Positions 9,145 through 17,937 of a DNA stretch of 64,000 bases are shown here, piece after piece (position 1 is the stretch's first letter; every line of letters begins with the position of its first letter). Source of the stretch: Pseudomonadota bacterium. Lineage in GTDB: Bacteria > Pseudomonadota > Alphaproteobacteria > Rhodobacterales > Rhodobacteraceae. The notes beneath the pieces were generated by a model. The model saw nothing but the letters and a program-made list of their open reading frames with translations, was not told the origin of the DNA and made no database searches. The stretch is taken from the NCBI GenBank assembly GCA_039028555.1, contig JBCCHW010000001.1:10589-74588 (forward strand), given 5' to 3'. Made by a program: the position numbers and the translations under genes.

Positions 9145-10560
9145 ATGGAACGGCGCCTGGCAGCGATATTTTTCGCAGATCTCGTCGGCTACTCCCGTCG
9201 GATGGAGCAGGACGAGCGGGGCACTTTTGTCCTCGTTAAATCTATCTTCGAGACGGTTTTCGAGCCCACGATCGCCCGGTTCAGGGGCCGGATCATCAAG
9301 GTCATGGGCGACTGTGTGATGGCCGAGTTCCCGAGTGTTCTGGATGCGGTAAACTGTGCTCAGAGCGTGCAGTCGGAAGTTGCGAACCGCAATCGCGGCC
9401 TCGAGCCAAAAGACCAGGTCGCCTACAGGATTGGCGTGAATGTTGGCGACATCATCAACGATGAGGGCGATGTCTATGGCGATATGGTGAATATCGCCTC
9501 GCGTGTGGAGTCGCTGGCTGGACCACGAGAAGTTTGGGTGACGAGACCTGTACGCGATCAGATACGGGATAGGATCAATGTTCCGCTGGAAGATCGCGGC
9601 TGTATCAAGGTGAAAAACATCTCCCGCCCGGTTCGGGTGTTTCGGTTGGTCGATGGCGAGATTGTCCAGCCCGAGCGCGCCCAGCCAGGCTGGATCACGC
9701 GCAATCGGCTGGCCCTGGGCGGGGTGGTGGTGGCGGGGCTGCTGCTGTTCTCCGGGCAGTTGCAGACGAACCACTCCCTCCCGCCTGATCCTGAGCTCGA
9801 ACAGGCTGAGTTTGAGGCGGCAGAGGTGCAAACTGCGGTCTTGCTGCCCAAACAGGGAAGCTATGTAACCCAGTCGCGAACCAATCTGCGCCTCGGTCCC
9901 GGCACCAGCTTTGGCGTAGCCCGCACAGTTGCCCCAGGCACGCCGCTCGAACTGACCGGGTCGGTTGAGGAGCCGGACGGGGACTGGTATCAGGTGCGGG
10001 GTGCCGCGAGCGACGACGTTTTTTTTGTCTATTCCGGTCTGCTCACGCCAGCGACCGAGGAGACGGGCGTTAAATCAGAGCTGCCTGAACTCAACCTTCA
10101 TGACGACGCCTGGCATTCGCCAACACCCGAGCGGATGAGCGACTTTGTCGCGTCGCTGTCGCCCGAGCTAACAACACCGGAGCAGGAGGAAAGGATCTGG
10201 TTTCGGTTGGTCCTCGATACCGCCAACAGCATGTGGCAGGATTGCGACTCGTATGGGAGCAGTTCGATCCACTCCATGCCACGTGATCAGGCCAGTACCT
10301 GGAAATCAGTGTTCCTGAAAGACGCACCCTATTTCGCGCTGAAGGTGCGTGCGCTCGACCAAGTCGGGCGAACTGCGATGGAGGTTTGGCCGTTCTCGCA
10401 CGATTGGCCCGAAAGCAGCAGTATCCTGATCCCGTTGCCCGCACTGGAACCGGGAAACAGCGCCCGCGCCTTTAGCAAACGACGCGCCGATGCGCCTCTG
10501 GAAGTCTGCGGCACCTTTTCGGTCTATGTCGACGTGATCGAGGAACCCGAAAACGAATAA
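9145..10560 (+). CDS. Class III adenylate cyclase with a TM helix and an extracytoplasmic SH3b domain
   Basis: Cyclase motifs AAIFFADLVGYS, IIKVMGD and DVYGDMVNIASRVES. TM segment LALGGVVVAGLLLF. SH3b-like NLRLGPGTSF...DWYQV. Confidence 0.85.
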   Translation: MERRLAAIFFADLVGYSRRMEQDERGTFVLVKSIFETVFEPTIARFRGRIIKVMGDCVMAEFPSVLDAVNCAQSVQSEVANRNRGLEPKDQVAYRIGVNVGDIINDEGDVYGDMVNIASRVESLAGPREVWVTRPVRDQIRDRINVPLEDRGCIKVKNISRPVRVFRLVDGEIVQPERAQPGWITRNRLALGGVVVAGLLLFSGQLQTNHSLPPDPELEQAEFEAAEVQTAVLLPKQGSYVTQSRTNLRLGPGTSFGVARTVAPGTPLELTGSVEEPDGDWYQVRGAASDDVFFVYSGLLTPATEETGVKSELPELNLHDDAWHSPTPERMSDFVASLSPELTTPEQEERIWFRLVLDTANSMWQDCDSYGSSSIHSMPRDQASTWKSVFLKDAPYFALKVRALDQVGRTAMEVWPFSHDWPESSSILIPLPALEPGNSARAFSKRRADAPLEVCGTFSVYVDVIEEPENE

Positions 10561-10804
10561 CTCTCTCGTCTTTGCCCTGCGCAACCCGGCCGTTAGTGGT
10601 CGCAGCAATTGGCACGCCATGTTTCCCGGCAACACTGCTCTGATGAAGTCATTCTGAAGCTGATGTTAGAGATCGATCAGCTCAGGTCGTGAGGTGCCGT
10701 TCGGGTTTCTGGCTAGGCGGGTTTCGCGGGCCTTCACCGCAAGACACGGCTGGATCTGTACCTATTGCATCCAGGAACGGCCTCTCAACTCTATCAATGC
10801 CCGT

Positions 10805-10845
10805 TTGCGTTTTGGCCGATTCTACGACATGTTCACACAATGTTC
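10805..10845 (+). promoter_or_regulatory. Sigma70-like promoter with overlapping alphaproteobacterial LexA (SOS) box
   Basis: TTGCGT-N17-CATGTT. GTTC-acacaat-GTTC at 10831-10845 exactly matches GTTC-N7-GTTC and overlaps the ATG at 10840. Confidence 0.85.
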
Positions 10846-11271
10846 GCGAGCGATGTCAAGCCTGGTATCCTGCTCGCTCGCGGTGTCTGCCGCGAGATGA
10901 TCGCGCGTGGGATGATGCCGTTGACCGAGTTTCCGACCAAGGCGGGTTTGCGCATGGATGTTTGCGCGATCGATCCGAAGGGGGAGATTTGGTGTGTCGA
11001 AGTCAAGTCCTCGCGCGCAGATTTTCAGTCGGACCGGAAATGGCAGGGGTATCTCGACTGGTGCGATCGGTTTTTCTTCGCCGTGCCCGAAGGCTTCGCG
11101 GACGAAATTCTGCCTCCAGATCTGGGCCTGATCCGCGCCGATGCCTATGGGGCCGAGGTGATCCGCCCAGCCCCGGAAGACCGCCTGCCAGCGGCGCGGC
11201 GCAAGGCGGTGACCCTGCGTTTCGCGCGCTTGGCGGCCGAGCGGTACTATCGCCTATCGAACGAAGTGTAG
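10840..11271 (+). CDS. mmcB: MmcB family DNA repair endonuclease (PD-(D/E)xK)
   Basis: GLRMDV, EIWCVEVKSSRADFQSDRKWQGYLDWCDRFFFAV and GLIRADAYGAE; LexA box at the start. Confidence 0.9.
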   Translation: MFASDVKPGILLARGVCREMIARGMMPLTEFPTKAGLRMDVCAIDPKGEIWCVEVKSSRADFQSDRKWQGYLDWCDRFFFAVPEGFADEILPPDLGLIRADAYGAEVIRPAPEDRLPAARRKAVTLRFARLAAERYYRLSNEV

Positions 11272-12564
11272 CCCCTGGAACCGGCTGCGAAAGGCGGTGA
11301 CATCGTCTGCGACCCGCTGGGGCTCCGGGCCCAGGGCCCGCGCGACCAGTTCGGCGAGTTCCGACATATGGTCTGAAGTCATCCCCCGGCGCACCGTTTC
11401 AGGTGTGCCCAGTCGCAGCCCGTTCATATCGCCCGCCACCTCGGCGATTGGCAGACCGATGCCGCAGGTCAGGATATTCGCCCGGCGCAGGTGCTTGGCA
11501 GCCGTTTGCCCGCCGCCATAGCGCGCGGCTTCGATGGCGAACTGATGAGACCGCGTAGCGATCTCGCCGCCTGAGAGGAACACCGGCACATCCTCGGCCC
11601 AAAGGGCGGCGGCGAGCGTACGGGCCGATGCCACCATCTCCCCCGCATAGGCCGCGCCGTAGTCGCGCCAGTCCAAGAGGCTGACCGCCAGGGCTGCGAC
11701 CCGCCCGGCGTCAAAGTTGGCCGTCAGCCCCGGAAACGCAATTGCATCGAGCCGTTTATACAGATCCGAGTCATTGGTTACGATCAGCCCGCCCGCGGGG
11801 CCGCCGAGGCTCTTATAGGTGCTCATGGTCATCAGATCGGCGCCGTCGGACAGTGGGTTCGGCCAGACGCCACCTGCGATCATGCCGCAAAGATGTGCCG
11901 CGTCAAACAGGATCTTTGCTTCGTACCGGTCGGCGATCGCCCGGATCTCCGCCACGGGATGAGGCTCGATGTTCAGCGATCCGCCAATGGTGATGAGCCG
12001 GGGTTTTACCTTTGCGGCCAACCCGGCCAGCCCGTCGAGGTCGACCGTATAGCCGTCGCCGGTGGCCGGAGCAAAATGGATATCGAGGCCATAGAGCCCC
12101 GCCGCACCGGGCGGTTGATGGGTCACATGCCCGCCGATCGCGGGCGGCGGGACGATCACCGCGTCGCCGGGCTGGCAACAGGCCATAAAGGCGTAGAGAT
12201 TGCCGAGCGCACCGGAGGCGACCCGAACCTCGGCAAAGCGAGCGTTGAAGATCTCGGCGCCCAGCATGGCCGCGATCACCTCGATTTCCTCAATCGCCTC
12301 AAGCCCCATTTCGTACTTGTCGCCCGGATAGCCCAGCGATGGTCGCGGGCCCAATCCGCGGGCCTGCACCGCTTCGGCCTTTGGATTTATCACATTGGTC
12401 GCGGGGTTGAGGTTGATGCAGTCGTGGGTGTGTATCCGGTCATTCCAGTCGATTAACCGGGCAATCTCGGCCGCGATGTCATCGCTGCGTTCAAGGGCGT
12501 TGCGGGCGATGATCTCGCTCACCCTTTGGGCGGGCGCGTCAGGAAGCCAGTCGGGCAGATCCAT
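11254..12564 (-). CDS. Serine hydroxymethyltransferase-family PLP enzyme (atypical subfamily)
   Basis: INLNPATN, SLGYPGDKY, GGHVTH, FDAAHLCG, PLP lysine in MSTYKSLGGP, and GLRLGTPE. Confidence 0.85.
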   Translation of the reverse strand: MDLPDWLPDAPAQRVSEIIARNALERSDDIAAEIARLIDWNDRIHTHDCINLNPATNVINPKAEAVQARGLGPRPSLGYPGDKYEMGLEAIEEIEVIAAMLGAEIFNARFAEVRVASGALGNLYAFMACCQPGDAVIVPPPAIGGHVTHQPPGAAGLYGLDIHFAPATGDGYTVDLDGLAGLAAKVKPRLITIGGSLNIEPHPVAEIRAIADRYEAKILFDAAHLCGMIAGGVWPNPLSDGADLMTMSTYKSLGGPAGGLIVTNDSDLYKRLDAIAFPGLTANFDAGRVAALAVSLLDWRDYGAAYAGEMVASARTLAAALWAEDVPVFLSGGEIATRSHQFAIEAARYGGGQTAAKHLRRANILTCGIGLPIAEVAGDMNGLRLGTPETVRRGMTSDHMSELAELVARALGPEPQRVADDVTAFRSRFQGLHFVR

Positions 12565-12578
12565 GTCGAGGTCTCCGA

Positions 12579-13517
12579 TCAGGGGGCGGCGAGGCAGCGA
12601 TGAGGCGGGAAGAGTACCCGGGCATCAAAGCCGTCTGCATTCATCGGCTTGGCCTCTAACACGGCGTCATGCCGGGCGGCAATCGCGCAAGCGGCCTCGA
12701 TCCGGGCGGTGCGATCGTGCCTGATTGCGCCATGTGTCCATGCCGACGAGATCGACAGTGCCAGCCCGGCACGTTCAAAGGGATGTGCAAGGTCCACTTT
12801 AACCACTGAAGGCGCCTTCGCAGTCGCACTGGCGGCAATGATGAGATGATCAAGAAGGGACCAAAGCGCTGCTTCGCAGCCGATCACCAGCGGGACGGTT
12901 TCGACGGGATTTAATCTGGCCTCGACTTCAATCCCGGCAGCCGCCGCAAGGCGCACGGCCCGGCGGATGAGCCGGGCGAGATCTACTTCACCTGGCGCTT
13001 CGCCGTCGCCGCGCGCGCCATTCAGCGTCTTGAGCCGCCACGCGGTCGCGAGCAGATCGCTAGAGGTGCCATCGCAGCAGGCGCCGCCACCACCCAGATG
13101 CAGCCGCTGGGCAAGGCCCACAAGCGCGTCCAGCGCCAGCGCCATCGGGTCTGGCACATCGGGGATATGTGGTGTGACGGACGGCTCGGAGGCTTGATGC
13201 ACATCGATCTGGGAGAATGCGGCGAGGATCCTGATCTTGTCGCCGCCCCGCTGGCGCCAGAGCGAGACGCGAAACGGTGCCCGACCCGCGACGCCCTGAA
13301 GTATGGCGATGCCCTCTGCTGCACCCTCAGCGGTTGCACGGGCAAACAGCAGTTGGCCTTCGTCCGCCATCTGGAACCGCTCGATCAGGCGTTCGCTCTT
13401 TGGGCCGAACAGGGCAAGGTCCACCGGACTGCGTTCGCGGCAGCGTCCGTCCACGGTCACCGAGGCGAGTGCCACCGGGACACTTGCCTCAATAGCCGGC
13501 TCCCCATTGAGCGGCAT
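12579..13517 (-). CDS. Degenerate sensor histidine kinase-like protein (probable pseudokinase)
   Basis: HisKA/HATPase-like layout (LDALVGLAQRL, EVDLARLIRRAVRL, EAALWSLLDHLI, IAARHDAVLE...RVLFP) with no H-, N- or G-boxes. TGATG coupling with the upstream gene. Confidence 0.6.
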   Translation of the reverse strand: MPLNGEPAIEASVPVALASVTVDGRCRERSPVDLALFGPKSERLIERFQMADEGQLLFARATAEGAAEGIAILQGVAGRAPFRVSLWRQRGGDKIRILAAFSQIDVHQASEPSVTPHIPDVPDPMALALDALVGLAQRLHLGGGGACCDGTSSDLLATAWRLKTLNGARGDGEAPGEVDLARLIRRAVRLAAAAGIEVEARLNPVETVPLVIGCEAALWSLLDHLIIAASATAKAPSVVKVDLAHPFERAGLALSISSAWTHGAIRHDRTARIEAACAIAARHDAVLEAKPMNADGFDARVLFPPHRCLAAP

Positions 13518-13750
13518 CAGCCGCGCTTGCCCTTGGCAGATCCCCCTTTGCGAGGGGTCTCCTGGCGCGCCATCTGGGTGGCCCGCTCGGCAGCGGCGAG
13601 CAGCTCCTCGGCGATCTCGCGGGCTTCGTCGGGTTCGAAATCCAACGGCAGGTCGACCCCGTTTCCCTCGATATAGATCCGCACCATGCCAAGGGTCGTC
13701 GGTCCAATAACCAGGCTGGCGGATTGATCTGATTCCGTATTGATGCCCAT
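13517..13750 (-). CDS. Small conserved Rhodobacterales protein (DUF6324-like)
   Basis: MGINTESD...IGPTTLGMVRIYIEG..DLPLDFEPDEAREIAEEL; GAGG RBS. Confidence 0.75.
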   Translation of the reverse strand: MGINTESDQSASLVIGPTTLGMVRIYIEGNGVDLPLDFEPDEAREIAEELLAAAERATQMARQETPRKGGSAKGKRG

Positions 13751-14071
13751 TCGTATTCCCTCGCAGATGTCCCCATACTAGCCGCCAAACCCGTGCTCGC
13801 CAGCCCAAAGATACGGAATTTCCGACTTTGCGATCCTGGGTCACAAACGGATCGGCGCGCTTGGGGCAAAATCGAGATGGTCTGGGCTGTCGCCCCGCCT
13901 TGCGGGCCGGGGGTGAGGCTCTGCCCCATATACCGTCAGCTCAAGGCAGCAGATCACCCCCTGCCCGCGGCTGGAATCTGGGGGCATCAAGGGCCGCAAT
14001 GGCGTGTGCGGTTGGTCAAGCGAGGGGCGTGTTCCAGAACCCGGGCGGCAGGATCTCTGAAAACTGACCGC

Positions 14072-14100
14072 TTGAAGTTTCCGCGAACCGGCGCTAGAGG
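14072..14100 (+). promoter_or_regulatory. Putative sigma70 promoter of tRNA-His
   Basis: TTGAAG-N17-TAGAGG ends 36 nt before the tRNA. Confidence 0.6.
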
Positions 14101-14136
14101 AACACATCCTGCGCGGGACGACAGCGCGGGATCTGT

Positions 14137-14213
14137 GCCGCCTTAGCTCAGTAGGTTAGAGCGCTAGATTGTGGATCTAGAGGTCCCCCGTTCGAGCCGG
14201 GGAGGCGGTACCA
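14137..14213 (+). tRNA. tRNA-His (GUG)
   Basis: Acceptor stem GCCGCCT/AGGCGGT, D arm TAGCTCAGTAGGTTAGAGC, anticodon arm CTAGA-TTGTGGA-TCTAG, T arm CCCCG-TTCGAGC-CGGGG, and encoded ACCA. Confidence 0.98.
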
Positions 14214-14347
14214 CTCCCACTTCCAGCCCGTCTACTGTTTTGACTCGCCCCGAAGGGTTTGTCTTTGCCCGGCAGTGATTCGCATTTTGCACAGGAGCCC
14301 GGGTGATGAGTTTTTGACGTAGGGTCAACTTTGGCGGCTATGGGACG

Positions 14348-14374
14348 AAAAAGGCGCCTCTTTTCAGAGGCGCC
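14348..14374 (-). terminator. Rho-independent terminator of the lpxK operon
   Basis: The minus strand reads GGCGCCTC-TGAAAA-GAGGCGCC-TTTTT (8-bp stem plus U tract). Confidence 0.75.
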
Positions 14375-14466
14375 AGTGTAGTCATAACCCGAAAACAAGG
14401 ACTTCCGAGTTGAGGGACATCGCTCACTATACACCAGATATGGACCAAACAAGACCGAAACTGTGA

Positions 14467-15447
14467 TCATTTCGTGCAGATGGCGGTGATGATCTGGTCA
14501 AACGGGCCCCAATCGGTTGGCATCATTCGCACCGGCAACGCCATTACCTCGCGCCGGAACGAGGCGGGGAGTTTCACGGCGTCTTTTTCGGTCGTGACCA
14601 GCATGGCACCCTGGACGGCTGCCTCGCGCCGCATGCGTTCGAGCACTTGCGGGGCATAGACATGGTGGTCGGGAAAGCTGTGAAAAGCCAAAAGTCGGGC
14701 GCCCATCGCACCGAGCGTTTCATAGAATTTCTCGGGCCGCGCGATGCCCGCAAAGGCAACCACCGGCTGGCCGTTGAGGTCGAGACCGGTCTCTACCGGC
14801 GCCAGCCGTGCGGGCAGCGCGCCGGCAAGCTCGGGCCAACGGCTGCACGCCAATTGTTGCGCCGGTGGCTCGCCTGCCAACACCACCAGATTTGCTCGGG
14901 CGAGGCCCTGAGCGACCGGCTCGCGCAAGGGGCCGGCCGGGACCACCTGTCGGTTGCCAAAGCCCTGGCTTGCATCGACCATCACAACCGCCGCGTCCTT
15001 GATCAGGCCCGGGTTCTGAAACCCGTCGTCGAGCAGCACCAGCGACGCGCCAGCCGCCGCCGCCGCCCGCGCGCCCGCAGCGCGGTCGCGTGCGACCCAG
15101 ACTGGCGCGGATTGGGCGAGCAGCAGAGGCTCGTCTCCCACCTCAGCGGCGCTGTCGCGTGCGGGATCGACCCGGTGTGGGCCCATCAGACTGCCGCCAT
15201 AACCACGGCTGACCAGATGCACCGCGTGTCCGGAGTCCTGCAACCGCATCAGCCACGCCGCCGCCATCGGTGTTTTCCCCGCGCCGCCCACGGTCAGGTT
15301 GCCGATGCAAACAACCGGCACGGGCGCGCGCTGAGGCCGGGTTCGCCAGCGGCGCAAGACAGTCCCGAGGCGCCACAGCCAGCTGAACGGGATCAACAAG
15401 GTCGATACCACCCCGGGCGACGCGAACCAAAACCTTGGCGGACGCAT
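14467..15447 (-). CDS. lpxK: Tetraacyldisaccharide 4'-kinase
   Basis: CIGNLTVGGAGKTP, SRGYGG, VGDEPLLLA, LDDGFQ, PAGPLRE, FAGIARPEKF and TTEKDAVK. Confidence 0.97.
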   Translation of the reverse strand: MRPPRFWFASPGVVSTLLIPFSWLWRLGTVLRRWRTRPQRAPVPVVCIGNLTVGGAGKTPMAAAWLMRLQDSGHAVHLVSRGYGGSLMGPHRVDPARDSAAEVGDEPLLLAQSAPVWVARDRAAGARAAAAAGASLVLLDDGFQNPGLIKDAAVVMVDASQGFGNRQVVPAGPLREPVAQGLARANLVVLAGEPPAQQLACSRWPELAGALPARLAPVETGLDLNGQPVVAFAGIARPEKFYETLGAMGARLLAFHSFPDHHVYAPQVLERMRREAAVQGAMLVTTEKDAVKLPASFRREVMALPVRMMPTDWGPFDQIITAICTK

Positions 15448-16721
15448 CAGTCCGCCTCTGACGCAAGGGTGAGGATCTCACCCATCAACGCCTCAGGGTC
15501 GGGCGCGTCGCGAAACAGCACCATGGCGGCGTCTGCGCGCGCATCGCGCATCGAGGCATCGCCGAGCAGGGCAGCCACGGCCCGGCCAAGTTCTTCGGCA
15601 TTGGAGACCTGGCGCGCAGCTCCCTCGCGATGCAGCGCCGCATAAGCCGGGGCGAAGTTCGCTGTATGGGGTCCGTGGAGAATTGCCGAGCGCATCAGGG
15701 CGGGTTCAAACGGCGTGTGGCCACCCACCTCCATCAGCGATCCGCCGACAAAAGTTACCGGTGCAAGACGCAGCCAGAGACCCATCTGGCCAAGCGTATC
15801 GGCCAGCCAGACATCCGTACCAGACCCCGGCATCTCGCCCCGCGACGCCCGCGCGGTGCCCAGACCTGCCGCTTCAATCATCGCTTCGACCGCGTCTCCG
15901 CGCTCAGGGTGGCGGATTGCCAGGATCATCAGTACCGGGGCGCCCAGGCGACGTTGCGTCTCTAGCAAGATCTCTTCTTCGCCAGGATGGGTCGAGGCCG
16001 CGAGCCAGACAGGACGCCCATTGATTGCCGCATTGGCCCTCGCCAGGTCGTCGGGTTCAGGTGGTGGAAGCGGGGCGAGTGCCTTGAGATTACCGCCGAC
16101 GCGAAGCGCGGGATGGCCCGGGGCCAGTGCTTGCAACCGCTCGGCAGTCTCGCGGTCCTGCGTCACGATCAGGCGAAACATCCGCAGCAGGGCGGCGATC
16201 ATGCGCGGCAACCGAGACCAACGCCTTGCGCTGGCGGCAGAGACCCTGGCATTTACCAATGCCATCGGGATCCCGCGCGCGGCGGTGTTATGCATCAGCC
16301 TCGGCCAGAACTCACTCTCAACCCAGACCGCGGCATCGGGGCGCCAGTGGTCAAGGAAGCGTCGCGTCGCGGCTGCGGTATCGACCGGAACGAACTGATG
16401 GATCGCGCCGTCGGGCAGCATCTCGGCCATGCGCTTGGCCGAGGTGACGGTTCCAGTGGTCACCAGGCAGATCGCGTCGGGCGCCACCCGTTTCACGGCG
16501 GCGACCAGCGGCAGGATCGACATCGCCTCGCCGATGCTGGCGCCGTGCAACCAGACCAGTCGCCCGTCTGGCCGATCAACTCCCGGGAAACCGCGCCGCT
16601 CCCCGATCCGCGCCGGGTCCTCCTTGCCCCGTGCCAATCGCCTGCGGAGCAGCACCCGAACAGGTGCATCGAGCAGTCGGGAGAGAACGAGATACCCCGA
16701 AAGTGCCAGCGAAAAGCTCAT
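15447..16721 (-). CDS. waaA: 3-deoxy-D-manno-octulosonic acid (Kdo) transferase
   Basis: WLHGASIGE, VESEFWP, GNLK, AASTHPGEE, RHPERG and GGHTPFEPA. Confidence 0.96.
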   Translation of the reverse strand: MSFSLALSGYLVLSRLLDAPVRVLLRRRLARGKEDPARIGERRGFPGVDRPDGRLVWLHGASIGEAMSILPLVAAVKRVAPDAICLVTTGTVTSAKRMAEMLPDGAIHQFVPVDTAAATRRFLDHWRPDAAVWVESEFWPRLMHNTAARGIPMALVNARVSAASARRWSRLPRMIAALLRMFRLIVTQDRETAERLQALAPGHPALRVGGNLKALAPLPPPEPDDLARANAAINGRPVWLAASTHPGEEEILLETQRRLGAPVLMILAIRHPERGDAVEAMIEAAGLGTARASRGEMPGSGTDVWLADTLGQMGLWLRLAPVTFVGGSLMEVGGHTPFEPALMRSAILHGPHTANFAPAYAALHREGAARQVSNAEELGRAVAALLGDASMRDARADAAMVLFRDAPDPEALMGEILTLASEAD

Positions 16722-17476
16722 GCTTGCCCGGCTTCGATAAGGGGCCCGGGCGCGACTGGCATGCGACCGCAGAGCGCATCCGCCCGGTCGGTCAGGTCGG
16801 TCAGCGCGGTTTCGTAGGTTGCGAGGAACGCCCGTTCGGCTCCGTCATCCCCGGCCGCTGGCGGATGAAGCGCATCGCCGAAGATCACCACGCCGCGGGT
16901 AAAAGGCCAGGGCAACAGAAACCTGTCCCAACTGCTCAGCAGTTTCCCACGAGTGACCGAAAAGGCGATCGGCACGATCGGGGCGCGGGTCGCGATCGCT
17001 AGCTGGACGGCGCCCGCCTGTGCCCGCATCCGAGGCCCGCGTGGGCCATCGGGCGTGATTGCCACCAGGGCGCGGTTCTGCGTGATTTCGTCGAGCGCGC
17101 CCTGAAAGGCCTCGGCCCCGCCCTTGTCTCGACGCTTGGCCTTGTCATAGGTCGAGCCGCGCACGGCATGGACTCCAAAGCGGTTCACGATGGCGGCGAT
17201 CAGCTCGCCGTCGCTGTTGTTGGAGATCATCGCCACAGCCCGTCGACGGCTGGGATAGGCATAAGTGACGGCCAGGAACAGCCTTCCATGCCAACTCGAA
17301 GCGATAACTCCACCGGCAGCGGTATCGATCAGCTCGCCATAGGCCTCGGCACCCTGCAGGTCCCATTTCGTCGTGGCATAGACCAGGCGGATATAGCTGG
17401 CAGCGATCCGGCTCACAAATGTCCGGCCAGTAGGCGACTGACGCAGCCAGCGCGCAAAGCCACGCGCAAAGGCCAA
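16718..17476 (-). CDS. DUF374 lysophospholipid/lipid A acyltransferase family (LpxJ-like)
   Basis: WHGR, S.NSDGELIA, VRGS, ITPDGPRGP and SWDRFLLPWPF. TTG start follows AGGAG; sits in the waaA operon. Confidence 0.85.
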   Translation of the reverse strand: MAFARGFARWLRQSPTGRTFVSRIAASYIRLVYATTKWDLQGAEAYGELIDTAAGGVIASSWHGRLFLAVTYAYPSRRRAVAMISNNSDGELIAAIVNRFGVHAVRGSTYDKAKRRDKGGAEAFQGALDEITQNRALVAITPDGPRGPRMRAQAGAVQLAIATRAPIVPIAFSVTRGKLLSSWDRFLLPWPFTRGVVIFGDALHPPAAGDDGAERAFLATYETALTDLTDRADALCGRMPVAPGPLIEAGQA

Positions 17477-17480
17477 GGCG

Positions 17481-17729
17481 TTACTCCTTTTGCAGGGCCG
17501 TCGGTTCTGCGCTGTGTTCGCTTTCTTCGTCACGCAGGCGATGGAGATGGGCGATGAAGTATCGCATATGCGCGTTATCGACCGTGCGCTGAGCGGCGTT
17601 TTTCCAAGCCGAAAACGCCGTGGCATAGTCGGGGAAGATCCCGACCACCTCGATCGCCTTGGGATCGCGGAATTCACTACCTTGGGGATCGATCAGTTCG
17701 CCCCCGAAGACAAGATGCAGCTTTGCCAT
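17481..17729 (-). CDS. DUF4170 family protein
   Basis: LHLVFGGELIDP...VGIFPDY..A..AWK..AQRTVDNAHMRYFIAHLHRL, in its usual position upstream of DUF374/waaA. Confidence 0.9.
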   Translation of the reverse strand: MAKLHLVFGGELIDPQGSEFRDPKAIEVVGIFPDYATAFSAWKNAAQRTVDNAHMRYFIAHLHRLRDEESEHSAEPTALQKE

Positions 17730-17937
17730 GACGTCGCTCCTGATATTGGACCTGCTGCGCGGCAACATATCTGTGTCACCGCCCCAGTCAATCAAAGCCC
17801 GCGCCGGGCCGGGAATGAAGTGTCTCCCCCGCGAACATGGGCCTCGGTCGGGACGAAACGGCGCAAATTCGCTCTCGATTGCAGGATTTTCGACGATTCT
17901 TGCAGGGTATCGGGGCAACCGGGCGGGCTCGAGGAAG

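Noticed and set aside
13518-13844. N-terminal extension making the kinase-like ORF 421 aa
   Set aside because: It overlaps the DUF6324-like gene in another frame. The TGATG junction at 13515-13519 gives a better start.
14137-14466. tRNA-His as a prophage/island integration site
   Set aside because: No integrase nearby and no duplicate of the tRNA 3' end spotted. The core lpxK operon follows directly.
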